A DNA stretch of 64,000 nucleotides from Methanobrevibacter sp. (GTDB lineage: Archaea; Methanobacteriota; Methanobacteria; Methanobacteriales; Methanobacteriaceae): contig NZ_JAFQQZ010000017.1 of the NCBI RefSeq assembly GCF_017410345.1, forward strand, positions 667 through 64,666, in the 5' to 3' direction. Position 1 is the stretch's first letter, and every line of letters begins with the position of its first letter. Positions 55,335 through 64,000 of the stretch are shown here, piece by piece. The notes beneath the pieces were generated by a model. That model was not told where the DNA came from, did not search any database, and saw only the letters and a list, made by a program, of their open reading frames with translations. The position numbers were made by a program, and so were the translations under genes.

Positions 55335-55565
55335 ATGGCTGATGACATTATAGAAATTGACGATTATGAAGTGAAGGACAAGCAGATTATAGAAACTGAT
55401 GATGAAGATGATTATCAAGGCCAAAATGATGGTCAAAGGGAATATGGCAATCAAGGTGGATTCAATGGGTATTATAAATCTATCTCATTAGATAACACCT
55501 CCCTATTGATTGTCGGTATGGTTGCTATAGTTTTGATGGCTATTTTCATAATGACTTTTGATTAA
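55335..55565 (+). CDS. small acidic tail-anchored membrane protein
   Basis: RBS GAGGGTGA; Asp/Glu-rich N-terminus and C-terminal TM LLIVGMVAIVLMAIFIM. Confidence 0.75.
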   Translation: MADDIIEIDDYEVKDKQIIETDDEDDYQGQNDGQREYGNQGGFNGYYKSISLDNTSLLIVGMVAIVLMAIFIMTFD

Positions 55566-55618
55566 TTATTCGTGTTTAATTATTAGATTGTTAATTATTA
55601 TTTTAGTTATTGATATAA

Positions 55619-56023
55619 ATGTTTGATTTAGCTAATTTATTTAAAAGATTTTCATTTGAGAAAAACGATAGGAGATTTAGAATCTATAATCTTATCATTT
55701 TGATTATGGCATTGTCTCTTTATCTATTGAATAATCATTTTCTCCATGATCTGAATTGGTTTTTCATGTTCCATTTCAATGACTTTCTAGCCATTGTTGT
55801 CTTGTTAAGCTTTTTGAATATTGTTTATCCATATAAGCTGACAAATCTCTGGCTGATAATTCTTGTAACCATTTTAGCATCATTCGTATGGGAATATGTG
55901 GCATTGTTCATTAAGGCAGGGGCAATATTTGACTTTGCTGATATTCTTTGCTACTTTGGATCGATGGTGATTTATCTGATCATATTGTATTTGATTGAAG
56001 GAAAAATCAATGTTTCAATTTAA
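55619..56023 (+). CDS. four-TM membrane hypothetical protein
   Basis: Four hydrophobic segments with polar motifs HFNDF, WEY and DFADILCY. Confidence 0.7.
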   Translation: MFDLANLFKRFSFEKNDRRFRIYNLIILIMALSLYLLNNHFLHDLNWFFMFHFNDFLAIVVLLSFLNIVYPYKLTNLWLIILVTILASFVWEYVALFIKAGAIFDFADILCYFGSMVIYLIILYLIEGKINVSI

Positions 56024-56055
56024 GTTTATTGTTATTGTTTATTGACTGTGGTATT

Positions 56056-56658
56056 ATGGAAAATAATTCAAGTTACTCTCCGGAATCCAGATATCTTCTT
56101 AATTTCTCTTTTTCACAAAAGAGATTAAGCTCTAAGGAGGATGATTATAGTGTGGATTCCCAAGCCTTTTCAAAGTCCTGCATGAGTTCCAATGTGATAT
56201 CTGAAACCTCTTTGGAAGAGGATCATATTTTATTGAAAAGGAAATCTTTGCTCCAACGTAAATCCAAGGGTTCTTTGAAGATATTTTACTCTGAAATAAT
56301 TGATTTAAAACTTAATAAATCCAATTTATCTTCACTGTATTCATCTATAGTGATTGTTTATTCAAAAAATGGTTATACAAAGCATTTGATTGCCTTAAGC
56401 AGTTCCGATGGATTTGCTGTAAGATGGTTCTATGATGAATTGGTTGTAAGATATTCCATGGTCAAATCCAATTTGAATAAGCCAGACATTATCAAATCCA
56501 ATGAAGAGAATTATTTGGAGGGAAATGAAGACAATTCAAAAGGATTTGATAAATTGGATGATTTCATGAATCAGATGAATACTGAGGTTTCAGAGAAAAG
56601 AAAAAGGGAGATTTCAAAGCAAATGAAATTTGACAGATGTTCCAGTGGGGAATATTGA
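56056..56658 (+). CDS. hypothetical protein (possible PH-like core)
   Basis: Open 200-aa frame; pattern IFYSEIIDLKL...SIVIVY followed by a helix is only suggestive. Confidence 0.6.
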   Translation: MENNSSYSPESRYLLNFSFSQKRLSSKEDDYSVDSQAFSKSCMSSNVISETSLEEDHILLKRKSLLQRKSKGSLKIFYSEIIDLKLNKSNLSSLYSSIVIVYSKNGYTKHLIALSSSDGFAVRWFYDELVVRYSMVKSNLNKPDIIKSNEENYLEGNEDNSKGFDKLDDFMNQMNTEVSEKRKREISKQMKFDRCSSGEY

Positions 56659-57091
56659 TTGTTTTGATTAGTTTCTAATCCTAAATTTTAACTCTTTTGA
56701 AGTTGCTATTTTTCTTTATTTAATCATAATTTCTTACTCTTTTTTATCAAATTTTTAACTATTTTTTTATTAATTTTCATTCCATTTTTATTAACAATTT
56801 AACTATTTTTAAACTATTTTTTTTAAAATTATCATTTTAATAGATAAGTTAAAATATTTTGTTTAATAAACATTATATTATAATGTTTAGTTTAAATTCT
56901 ATGAATTTTCTCTAAAAATTTTAATGAAAATATGATTTATAGAATAATTTAAATTAAATAAATTACATAAATAATTAAGGTAAATTAATTTAGCAAAAAG
57001 CATGATTTTCTTAATGGAAAATTGGCTTGAAATGCTATTTGATTTGATGATTATTTTTATATTAAATACAATGAATTATATGGTGAAAATT

Positions 57092-58171
57092 ATGGGAAAT
57101 GAAGCAAAATTAGCTTTAGAAGACGGAACTGTTTTAAAAGGTGAAGCCTTCGGTTATGAAACTGTAACTGTAGGTGAGCTTGCTTTCTCAACCGGTATGT
57201 CCGGTTATACCGAAGCGCTGACTGACCCTTCCTTTAAAGGACAGATTTTGATGTCCACTTATCCTTTGGAGGGTAACTATGGAGTTAGCGAAGATTGGTA
57301 TCAATCCGATAAGGTGCAGGTTGAAGGTTTTGTAGTGAGAGAGGCTTGTAAAAAGCTATCCAATTTCGGTACTAAAAAGACTTTGGACGATTTCTTGAAA
57401 GAATTCAAGGTCCCTGGAATTGAAGATATCGATACAAGAGACTTGACTTTGAAGATTCGTGAAAAAGGATCCCTTAAGGCAGCACTCGCTACCGAAGAGA
57501 TTGATGATGATGAGCTTGTGGCACGTGCTCAGGAACATAAAAGCATTGTGGATTTGGACTTGGTTCCTTTAGTGTCCACTCCTGAAGTCAAGACTTTTGG
57601 AGACTTTGACAAGACCGTAGCCATTATTGATTGTGGCGTTAAGAAGAATATCATCAACTGTTTCCTTGAAAACGGTGTTGGCGTTGCTTTATTCCCTTAC
57701 AATACTGATTATCAAACCATCTTGGATTATGGCGTAAATGGACTTATGGTTTCACCTGGTCCTGGAAACCCTGAAAGATTGACTGATACCATTGCAAATG
57801 TGGAAAAATTAATCAACAAATTCCCAGTATTCGGTATTTGCATGGGACAGCATGTAATCGCAAAGGCATTCGGTGCAACTACCTATAAAATGAAATTCGG
57901 TCACAGGGGAGCAAATCAGCCAGTAAAGGATTTGCAATCTGGAAAAGTGTTCATCACTTCCCAAAATCACGGATTTGCCATTGATCCGGATTCCCTAAAG
58001 GGAACCGACTTGGAACTCACTCAAATCAACTTGAATGATGGTACTCCAGAAGGATTTGCACATAAGGAATTGCCTCTTCGAACAATTCAATACCACCCTG
58101 AATCCGGACCTGGTCCAAACGATACAAGGGATTTGTTTGAAGAGTTTGGAAAATTGATTAAGGAGTACTAA
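57092..58171 (+). CDS. carA: carbamoyl-phosphate synthase small subunit
   Basis: ATG after GGTGA; FSTGMSGY, SPGPGNP, FGICMGQH, QYHPE. Confidence 0.97.
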   Translation: MGNEAKLALEDGTVLKGEAFGYETVTVGELAFSTGMSGYTEALTDPSFKGQILMSTYPLEGNYGVSEDWYQSDKVQVEGFVVREACKKLSNFGTKKTLDDFLKEFKVPGIEDIDTRDLTLKIREKGSLKAALATEEIDDDELVARAQEHKSIVDLDLVPLVSTPEVKTFGDFDKTVAIIDCGVKKNIINCFLENGVGVALFPYNTDYQTILDYGVNGLMVSPGPGNPERLTDTIANVEKLINKFPVFGICMGQHVIAKAFGATTYKMKFGHRGANQPVKDLQSGKVFITSQNHGFAIDPDSLKGTDLELTQINLNDGTPEGFAHKELPLRTIQYHPESGPGPNDTRDLFEEFGKLIKEY

Positions 58172-58324
58172 GATTTGAATTTCATTGTATTTAATTGATT
58201 ATAAAATTATAAAATTTAAATTTAAAATTATAATGGCTTTTGAAATTATAAGATTTAAAAGTTTCATGGATTAAGATTATTAAAATCATAAAATTACTAA
58301 TAATGTGGAATAAGAGAGGATAAA

Positions 58325-61300
58325 ATGCCTGTTGATGAGGATATTAATAAAGTGCTTATAATTGGTTCTGGACCTATTCAGATTGGTCAGGCTGCTGAGT
58401 TTGACTACTCTGGTTCCCAAGCGTGCAAATCACTTAGGGAAGAGGGTTTGGAAACTGTTCTTGTAAACAGCAATCCTGCTACCATCCAAACTGATATGGA
58501 TATGGCAGACACTGTTTACACTGAACCGTTGACTGCAGAACTTGTTGCTCAAATTATAGAAAAAGAGAAAATTGACGCTATTTTGCCTACCATGGGTGGA
58601 CAAACCGGTTTGAACATTGCAACGGAACTTGGAAAGTTAGGCCTTCTTGAAGGCATAAAGGTAATTGGTTCTGACGTTCAGACCATTGCAGATGTGGAAG
58701 ACAGAGATCTGTTCGCTAACTTTATGGATAGATTGGATGAACCTATCCCTAAATGTCATGCGGTGGAATCTGTTGAAGAGGCTTTGGAAGCCGTTGAGGA
58801 AATCGGCTATCCTGTCATTGTCCGTCCTGCTTTTACCTTAGGTGGTACCGGTGGAGGAATAGCTCACAACAAGCAGGAACTTATAGATGTTACCACTCAT
58901 GGGCTTGACATGAGTTACATCAACCAAGTATTGATTGACGAATCCGTTTTAGGATGGAAGGAAATCGAATTTGAGGTCATGAGAGACAAGAACGATACCT
59001 GTATCATTGTATGTAACATGGAAAATGTGGACCCTATGGGTATACATACAGGAGACAGTATTGTAGTTGCTCCTATCCAAAACTTGAATGATGAAGTGTG
59101 TCAAAGATTAAGGGACGCTTCCATAAAGATCATCAGAAACTTGGGAATCAATGGTGGATGTAACATCCAATTTGCATTGAATCCTGAAACTAATGAATAC
59201 AAAATCATTGAAGTAAACCCTCGTGTAAGCAGAAGCAGTGCACTTGCATCTAAGGCAACCGGTTATCCTATCGCAAAGATCTCTTCAAAAGTGGCACTTG
59301 GCCTTACTTTAGATGAAATCAGAAACGACATCACCAAGGAAACTCCTGCTTCCTTTGAACCTTCCATTGACTATATCGTTGTTAAAATCCCAAGATGGCC
59401 ATTTGACAAGTTCAAAGGCATTGACAGAAAGATTGGAGTTCAAATGAAAGCAACCGGTGAGGTAATGGCTATTGGTAGAACCTATGAAGAGGCCATTCAA
59501 AAGGCTATTCGCTCCTTGGATATCGGATTGCACGGATTCGAGTATTTGGAGTACACAGAAGACAATTTAGCAAATCCTACCGATGAAAGACTATTCCACA
59601 TGTACTCTGCTATTAAGGATGGAAGAAGTGTTGAGGAACTTGCAGAACTTTCAAAAATGGACGCATTCTTCCTTTACAAGATTGAAAACATAGTAGAGTT
59701 TGAAAATCAGGTAACAAAAGAAGCACTTGAAGATGAAAAATTCCTCCTAAAGGCTAAAAAATTAGGATTCTCCAATTTCACCCTTGCAAAACTCGCAGGC
59801 ATTGAAGAGAAGGATGTCAAGGCACTTCTCGACAAGTTTGACATTAAGCCATCCTACAAGATGGTAGATACCTGTGCAGCAGAGTTTGAAGCAAAAACCC
59901 CATATTATTACAGCAGTTATGACAGCGGAAACGAACTCATCAAGACAGACAATAAGAAAATCTTGATTATCGGTGCAGGTCCAATCAGAATCGGACAAGG
60001 TATTGAGTTCGATTACTGCTGTGTGCATTCCTCTCTCGCATTGAAAGACTTAGGAATCGAAACAATCCTTGTAAACAACAACCCAGAAACCGTAAGTACT
60101 GACTATGACATTTCAGATGAATTGTTCTTCGAGCCATTGACCTTTGAGGACATCATGGGAATAATTGAACAGGTTGAACCTGAGGGGGTCATTGTTCAAT
60201 TCGGTGGCCAGACATCAATCAACCTATCTGTTCCTCTTGCAGAGGCAGGGGTTAAGATCTTAGGTACCCCATATGAAAGCATTGATAGGGTAGAGGATAG
60301 GGAAAGATTCACTGAAGTATTGAATGACTTGCATATTAATCAGGCACCTTATGGTTTGGCAAATTCATTTGATGAAGCTCGTGAAGCCGCAGAGAGAATT
60401 GGTTTCCCAGTTCTCGTACGTCCATCATATGTTATCGGCGGAAGGGCAATGGAAATCGTTTACTGTGTGGAAGAGTTGGAAGAATATATGAAAGAGGCTG
60501 TAAAGGTTTCACCGGAACACCCAATTCTTGTAGACAAGTTCCTGGAAGATGCAGTTGAGCTTGATGTAGACCTTTTATGTGACGGTGAAGACGTATTCAT
60601 TGCAGGTATCATGGAGCACATTGAAGAAGCTGGTGTTCACTCCGGTGACTCCGCATGTGTAATACCTCCTCAAACCATTCCAGAGCATTTGCTTCAAGTG
60701 ATCAGAGAAAATACAAGAAAACTCGCTTTGGAATTGGATGTCATTGGACTCATGAACATTCAATATGCAGTTAAATTGGATGAGGAAAGGGTATACATCA
60801 TCGAGGCAAACCCAAGGGCAAGTAGAACCGTTCCATTTGTAAGTAAAGCCATTGGTGTTCCTCTTGCAAAAGTTGCAACCTCCTTGATGATGGGTGCAAA
60901 GCTCAAGGACTTCAATTTGACTAAGGAAATCAAAATCAATCACGTAGCTGTAAAAGAGTCTGTTTTCCCATTCTTGAAATTGACAGAATCCGACAGTATA
61001 TTAGGTCCTGAAATGAAATCCACCGGTGAAAGTATCGGTATAGATGAGAACTTCGGCCTTGCCTTCTACAAGTCACAGCTTTCAGCAGGAATGGACTTGC
61101 CTAAGGAAGGAAATCTCCTGATCAGTGTAAGGGAACAGGACCAAAAGAAAATCCAGCCGATTGCTGAAAAGGCTCATGCCTTAGGATTTAACATATATGC
61201 TACAAAAGGTACAGCAAATGCAATCTTTGATGTTCCTATTACAAGAATCAAGAAAGTATCCCAAGGAACTCCTAACATTAAGGAAGCCATCTTGGATGGA

Positions 61301-61501
61301 AAGATTGATATGATCATCAACACTCCTCATGGTGAACAGGCTTCCAAGGACGGCTATACCATCAGACGTTTGGCTGTAGAGCTTGGAATTCCTTATGTGA
61401 CCACTTTAGCAGGAGCAAGAGCTGCCTTAAATGCGATTGAAGCTGTTAAAGACAGTGATTTGAAGGTCAAATCATTGAATGATCATATAGCAAATATCTA
61501 A
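58325..61501 (+). CDS. carB: carbamoyl-phosphate synthase large subunit
   Basis: IGSGPIQIGQAAEFDYSG, two ATP-grasp halves, C-terminal MGS domain. Confidence 0.98.
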   Translation: MPVDEDINKVLIIGSGPIQIGQAAEFDYSGSQACKSLREEGLETVLVNSNPATIQTDMDMADTVYTEPLTAELVAQIIEKEKIDAILPTMGGQTGLNIATELGKLGLLEGIKVIGSDVQTIADVEDRDLFANFMDRLDEPIPKCHAVESVEEALEAVEEIGYPVIVRPAFTLGGTGGGIAHNKQELIDVTTHGLDMSYINQVLIDESVLGWKEIEFEVMRDKNDTCIIVCNMENVDPMGIHTGDSIVVAPIQNLNDEVCQRLRDASIKIIRNLGINGGCNIQFALNPETNEYKIIEVNPRVSRSSALASKATGYPIAKISSKVALGLTLDEIRNDITKETPASFEPSIDYIVVKIPRWPFDKFKGIDRKIGVQMKATGEVMAIGRTYEEAIQKAIRSLDIGLHGFEYLEYTEDNLANPTDERLFHMYSAIKDGRSVEELAELSKMDAFFLYKIENIVEFENQVTKEALEDEKFLLKAKKLGFSNFTLAKLAGIEEKDVKALLDKFDIKPSYKMVDTCAAEFEAKTPYYYSSYDSGNELIKTDNKKILIIGAGPIRIGQGIEFDYCCVHSSLALKDLGIETILVNNNPETVSTDYDISDELFFEPLTFEDIMGIIEQVEPEGVIVQFGGQTSINLSVPLAEAGVKILGTPYESIDRVEDRERFTEVLNDLHINQAPYGLANSFDEAREAAERIGFPVLVRPSYVIGGRAMEIVYCVEELEEYMKEAVKVSPEHPILVDKFLEDAVELDVDLLCDGEDVFIAGIMEHIEEAGVHSGDSACVIPPQTIPEHLLQVIRENTRKLALELDVIGLMNIQYAVKLDEERVYIIEANPRASRTVPFVSKAIGVPLAKVATSLMMGAKLKDFNLTKEIKINHVAVKESVFPFLKLTESDSILGPEMKSTGESIGIDENFGLAFYKSQLSAGMDLPKEGNLLISVREQDQKKIQPIAEKAHALGFNIYATKGTANAIFDVPITRIKKVSQGTPNIKEAILDGKIDMIINTPHGEQASKDGYTIRRLAVELGIPYVTTLAGARAALNAIEAVKDSDLKVKSLNDHIANI

Positions 61502-61594
61502 AAATAGGGATTTTCTCTATTTTTCATTTTTTTATTATTTTTTTTAATTTTACGAATTATTATAATTTAAAATTACTTTTATGTTGGTGTAAAA

Positions 61595-61873
61595 ATGCCT
61601 TTTAAAATTGACAGTGCGATAATGAAATTAGATTCTGAAACCGGAAAATACGATTTGGTTGATCCAGAAGGAAAATTCAATAAGAAAGATGCCTTAATGG
61701 TAGTTGAAAGTGATGACTTCATTACCATGCAATTGTTAGTCAATGCAATTATCAGAAACGATTTTAAAGCATGGAGAGAAGTTAAGTGGGACGATGCTGA
61801 CAGTCTTAAAGCTATTTTAGTCAAGTTAGGTTATAGCAGGGACGAAATCGTCGAATTGCTTAAGGAATTTTAA
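61595..61873 (+). CDS. small hypothetical protein
   Basis: 92-aa ORF with RBS GGTG and host-like codon usage. Confidence 0.75.
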   Translation: MPFKIDSAIMKLDSETGKYDLVDPEGKFNKKDALMVVESDDFITMQLLVNAIIRNDFKAWREVKWDDADSLKAILVKLGYSRDEIVELLKEF

Positions 61874-62080
61874 TTTTTAATAGAATTTTGTTTTATTTTT
61901 CTATTTAACTATTTTTTATTTATTTTTAATCTCATTTCTCTATTTTTTCTATTTTAATATCTGATAAGTCATTTTCTTCAATTGGTTAATGCTTATTTCA
62001 GTAAACAATTATTATAATCAGTTTTATATAATAAGAACAATAAAGTCTTAATTAGATTTAAATAAATAGATGTGATTGCT

Positions 62081-63226
62081 ATGACTAAATTAGGTATGGG
62101 AATGATGAGGCTTCCCCTTCTTGATGAAAACGATTTCAAAAGCATTGATTATGATGAAGTGAATAAGATGGTTGATTTGTATATGGAAAGCGGATTCAAC
62201 CATTTTGACACTGCATTCGTTTATCATGAAGGCATTGGGGAAGAAAGTTTAAGAAAGGCAGTTGTTGAAAGGTATCCTAGGGATTCCTTCACCGTTTCAA
62301 CTAAATTGCCATTATTTGTTATCACAGAGGAATCACAATTGGAACCTCTGTTCAATCAGCAATTGGAAAATTGCGGTCTTGATTACTTTGATTATTATCT
62401 ACTGCATAATGTAAGCGGATTTACTGAAAACGCTTGGAAAAATGTTGACTTGTATTCATTTGTCCAAAAGAAGAAGGAAGAAGGATTCATAAGGCATATT
62501 GGATTATCAACACATGGAAATGCTGAATTTTTAGATGGCCTTTTAAGCAAGCATCCTGAATTGGAATTTGTATTGCTTCAGATAAACTATCTTGACTGGG
62601 AAGATGAGGCAATCGAATCACGCAAATGCCTGGAGGTTGCAAGAAAACATAATGTGAAAGTCATGATTATGGAACCGTTTAAAGGCGGATTCTTGGCAGA
62701 TGTTCCTGAAGAGGCGGAAAAGCTTATGAAGGATTATAATCCTGACAAGTCCGTTGTTTCATGGGCAATTAGATTTGTAGCCAATCTAGATAATGTATGC
62801 CTTGTTTTCACAGGTGCAAGCAACAGCCAGCAGCTTGAAGAGAATATTAGGGAATTCAAAAATGCAGATCCATTGAATGATGAGGAGCTTAAGCTTCTTG
62901 AAGAGGTTTCTGAAATCATCAATAACAACATTACTGTAGACTGCACCAAATGCAGATACTGTGTTGACAATTGCTCAAGCAATATCGATATAGCAAAGCT
63001 CTTTGATATCTATAATAAGCATAAGCTGCTTGATACAGATGAGTGGACTCCTCATGGAAACGCTTATTTGAATTATTCAAAGCTTCCTGATGTTGGAATA
63101 GCATCTGACTGCACTGATTGTGAAATCTGCATTGAAGGATGTCCACAGAAAATCAACATTCCAGAAGTCTTGAAGGATGTTGCAAAAACCTTTGAAACTG
63201 GAATTTATGGATTTGAGAATGAGTAA
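62081..63226 (+). CDS. aldo/keto reductase with C-terminal 4Fe-4S binding domain
   Basis: LGMGMMRLP, FDTAFVY, STKLP, DYYLLH, CTKCRYC and CTDCEICIEGCPQ. Confidence 0.92.
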   Translation: MTKLGMGMMRLPLLDENDFKSIDYDEVNKMVDLYMESGFNHFDTAFVYHEGIGEESLRKAVVERYPRDSFTVSTKLPLFVITEESQLEPLFNQQLENCGLDYFDYYLLHNVSGFTENAWKNVDLYSFVQKKKEEGFIRHIGLSTHGNAEFLDGLLSKHPELEFVLLQINYLDWEDEAIESRKCLEVARKHNVKVMIMEPFKGGFLADVPEEAEKLMKDYNPDKSVVSWAIRFVANLDNVCLVFTGASNSQQLEENIREFKNADPLNDEELKLLEEVSEIINNNITVDCTKCRYCVDNCSSNIDIAKLFDIYNKHKLLDTDEWTPHGNAYLNYSKLPDVGIASDCTDCEICIEGCPQKINIPEVLKDVAKTFETGIYGFENE

Positions 63227-63410
63227 TTGGATTATTCTTTAAAATAAATTTTTCTTTTTTAATTTACTTATTTCTCATTATTTTACTTTTTTTACTTTTT
63301 TACTATTTTTTCTAATATTTTTTCAATTTTTTTATATTTTTAAATTTTTTTTATAAAAATAGCATTTTTTAAAGAAGTGGTTTGATTTTAATTATTTTAA
63401 AATCGAATCT

Positions 63411-63447
63411 CAAAAAAAAAGAAAAGGATTCCAGCTTAAAGCTGGAA
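63411..63447 (-). terminator. hairpin plus U-tract terminator after the symporter gene
   Basis: TTCCAGC-TTAAA-GCTGGAA, followed on the minus strand by TCCTTTTCTTTTTTTT. Confidence 0.65.
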
Positions 63448-63451
63448 GATA

Positions 63452-64000
63452 TTACAGTACTGATTCGGCTTCTTTCTTGCCATTGAACTTATCAACGTCT
63501 ACAGACTTATTTCCAAATGAAACGATTATTGTACAAATCGCATCACCTGTCACATTAACTGCAGATCTGATCATATCAAGTATATGGTCTATTCCCATGA
63601 TTATGGCTATTGCATCTGTTGGCAATCCTACGGAAGCAAATACCATGTTTAAGGTCACCAATCCCACTGATGGAATACCTGCGGTTCCAACTGAAGCCAT
63701 AACTGCGGTAAATATCACTGTAAGCAATGCAGTCAATCCCAAGTCAATTCCATATGCCTGCGCTGCAAACATGACCACAACACCTTGCATTATTGCTGTT
63801 CCATCCATATTGATTGTAGCTCCTAATGGTATGGTAAATGATGAGACATCCTTGGAGACTCCGATTTCGCTTAATTTATCCAAGGTCAATGGAATGGTTG
63901 CATTAGATGATGATGAGGAAAATGCGAATAGCATTACAGAGAAGAATTTCCTAAAGAACCTTATTGGATTCAATCTTGTAAAGGCAACAAGCAATGTCGG
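63452..64000 (-). CDS. dicarboxylate/amino acid:cation symporter (DAACS), 5' end outside window
   Basis: AFSSSSSNATIP, PLGATINMDGTA, ASVGTAGIP, DMIRSAVNVTGD. Confidence 0.93.
   Translation of the reverse strand, partial: PTLLVAFTRLNPIRFFRKFFSVMLFAFSSSSSNATIPLTLDKLSEIGVSKDVSSFTIPLGATINMDGTAIMQGVVVMFAAQAYGIDLGLTALLTVIFTAVMASVGTAGIPSVGLVTLNMVFASVGLPTDAIAIIMGIDHILDMIRSAVNVTGDAICTIIVSFGNKSVDVDKFNGKKEAESVL

Noticed and set aside
47385-56658. Genomic island integrated at tRNA-Ser
   Set aside because: No integrase or transposase, no duplicated tRNA 3' end seen, and core-like genes (UPF0146, rimI) lie within the interval.
57002-57091. Upstream in-frame extensions of carA (also rimI, rpoH, korC, fusA, sortase)
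   Set aside because: RBS position and family alignment favour the downstream starts used in the feature list.

Overview
AT-rich segment of a methanogen chromosome. Gene content and style point to Methanobacteriales, most likely Methanobrevibacter (inference). Most of the window is core genome: (1) a cofactor/methanogenesis block (hemA, precorrin-2 dehydrogenase, marker protein 9, atwA, Dus-like TIM barrel, GTP cyclohydrolase III, cofD, cofE) with small interspersed genes; (2) an envelope-flavoured block (ExbB/TolQ + ExbD/TolR pair, purO, rnhB, mreB, an orphan, archaetidylserine synthase, DUF515-like protein, sortase, mptD); (3) korDABC, sucC, taw1, tpiA, pgk, thiM, thiE; (4) five clustered tRNAs, the RNA polymerase operon (rpoH, B'', B', A', A'', rpl30e, nusA), the rps12-rps7-EF2-EF1a-rps10 operon and tRNA-Ser; (5) a P2-type ATPase, a patch of hypothetical/membrane genes, carAB, an aldo-keto reductase and a partial DAACS transporter. 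No CRISPR array, rRNA, transposase or integrase was seen. Best leads: an unannotated 36-aa single-TM micropeptide with a perfect RBS right behind the Ca2+-type P-ATPase; an intact ExbBD/TolQR-type ion motor with no TonB next to mreB, a CpaB-like protein and a sortase in an archaeon without an outer membrane; about five-fold amplification of the N-terminal module of RNAP subunit A''; a candidate box C/D guide RNA; and structured leaders upstream of rps12 and tuf.
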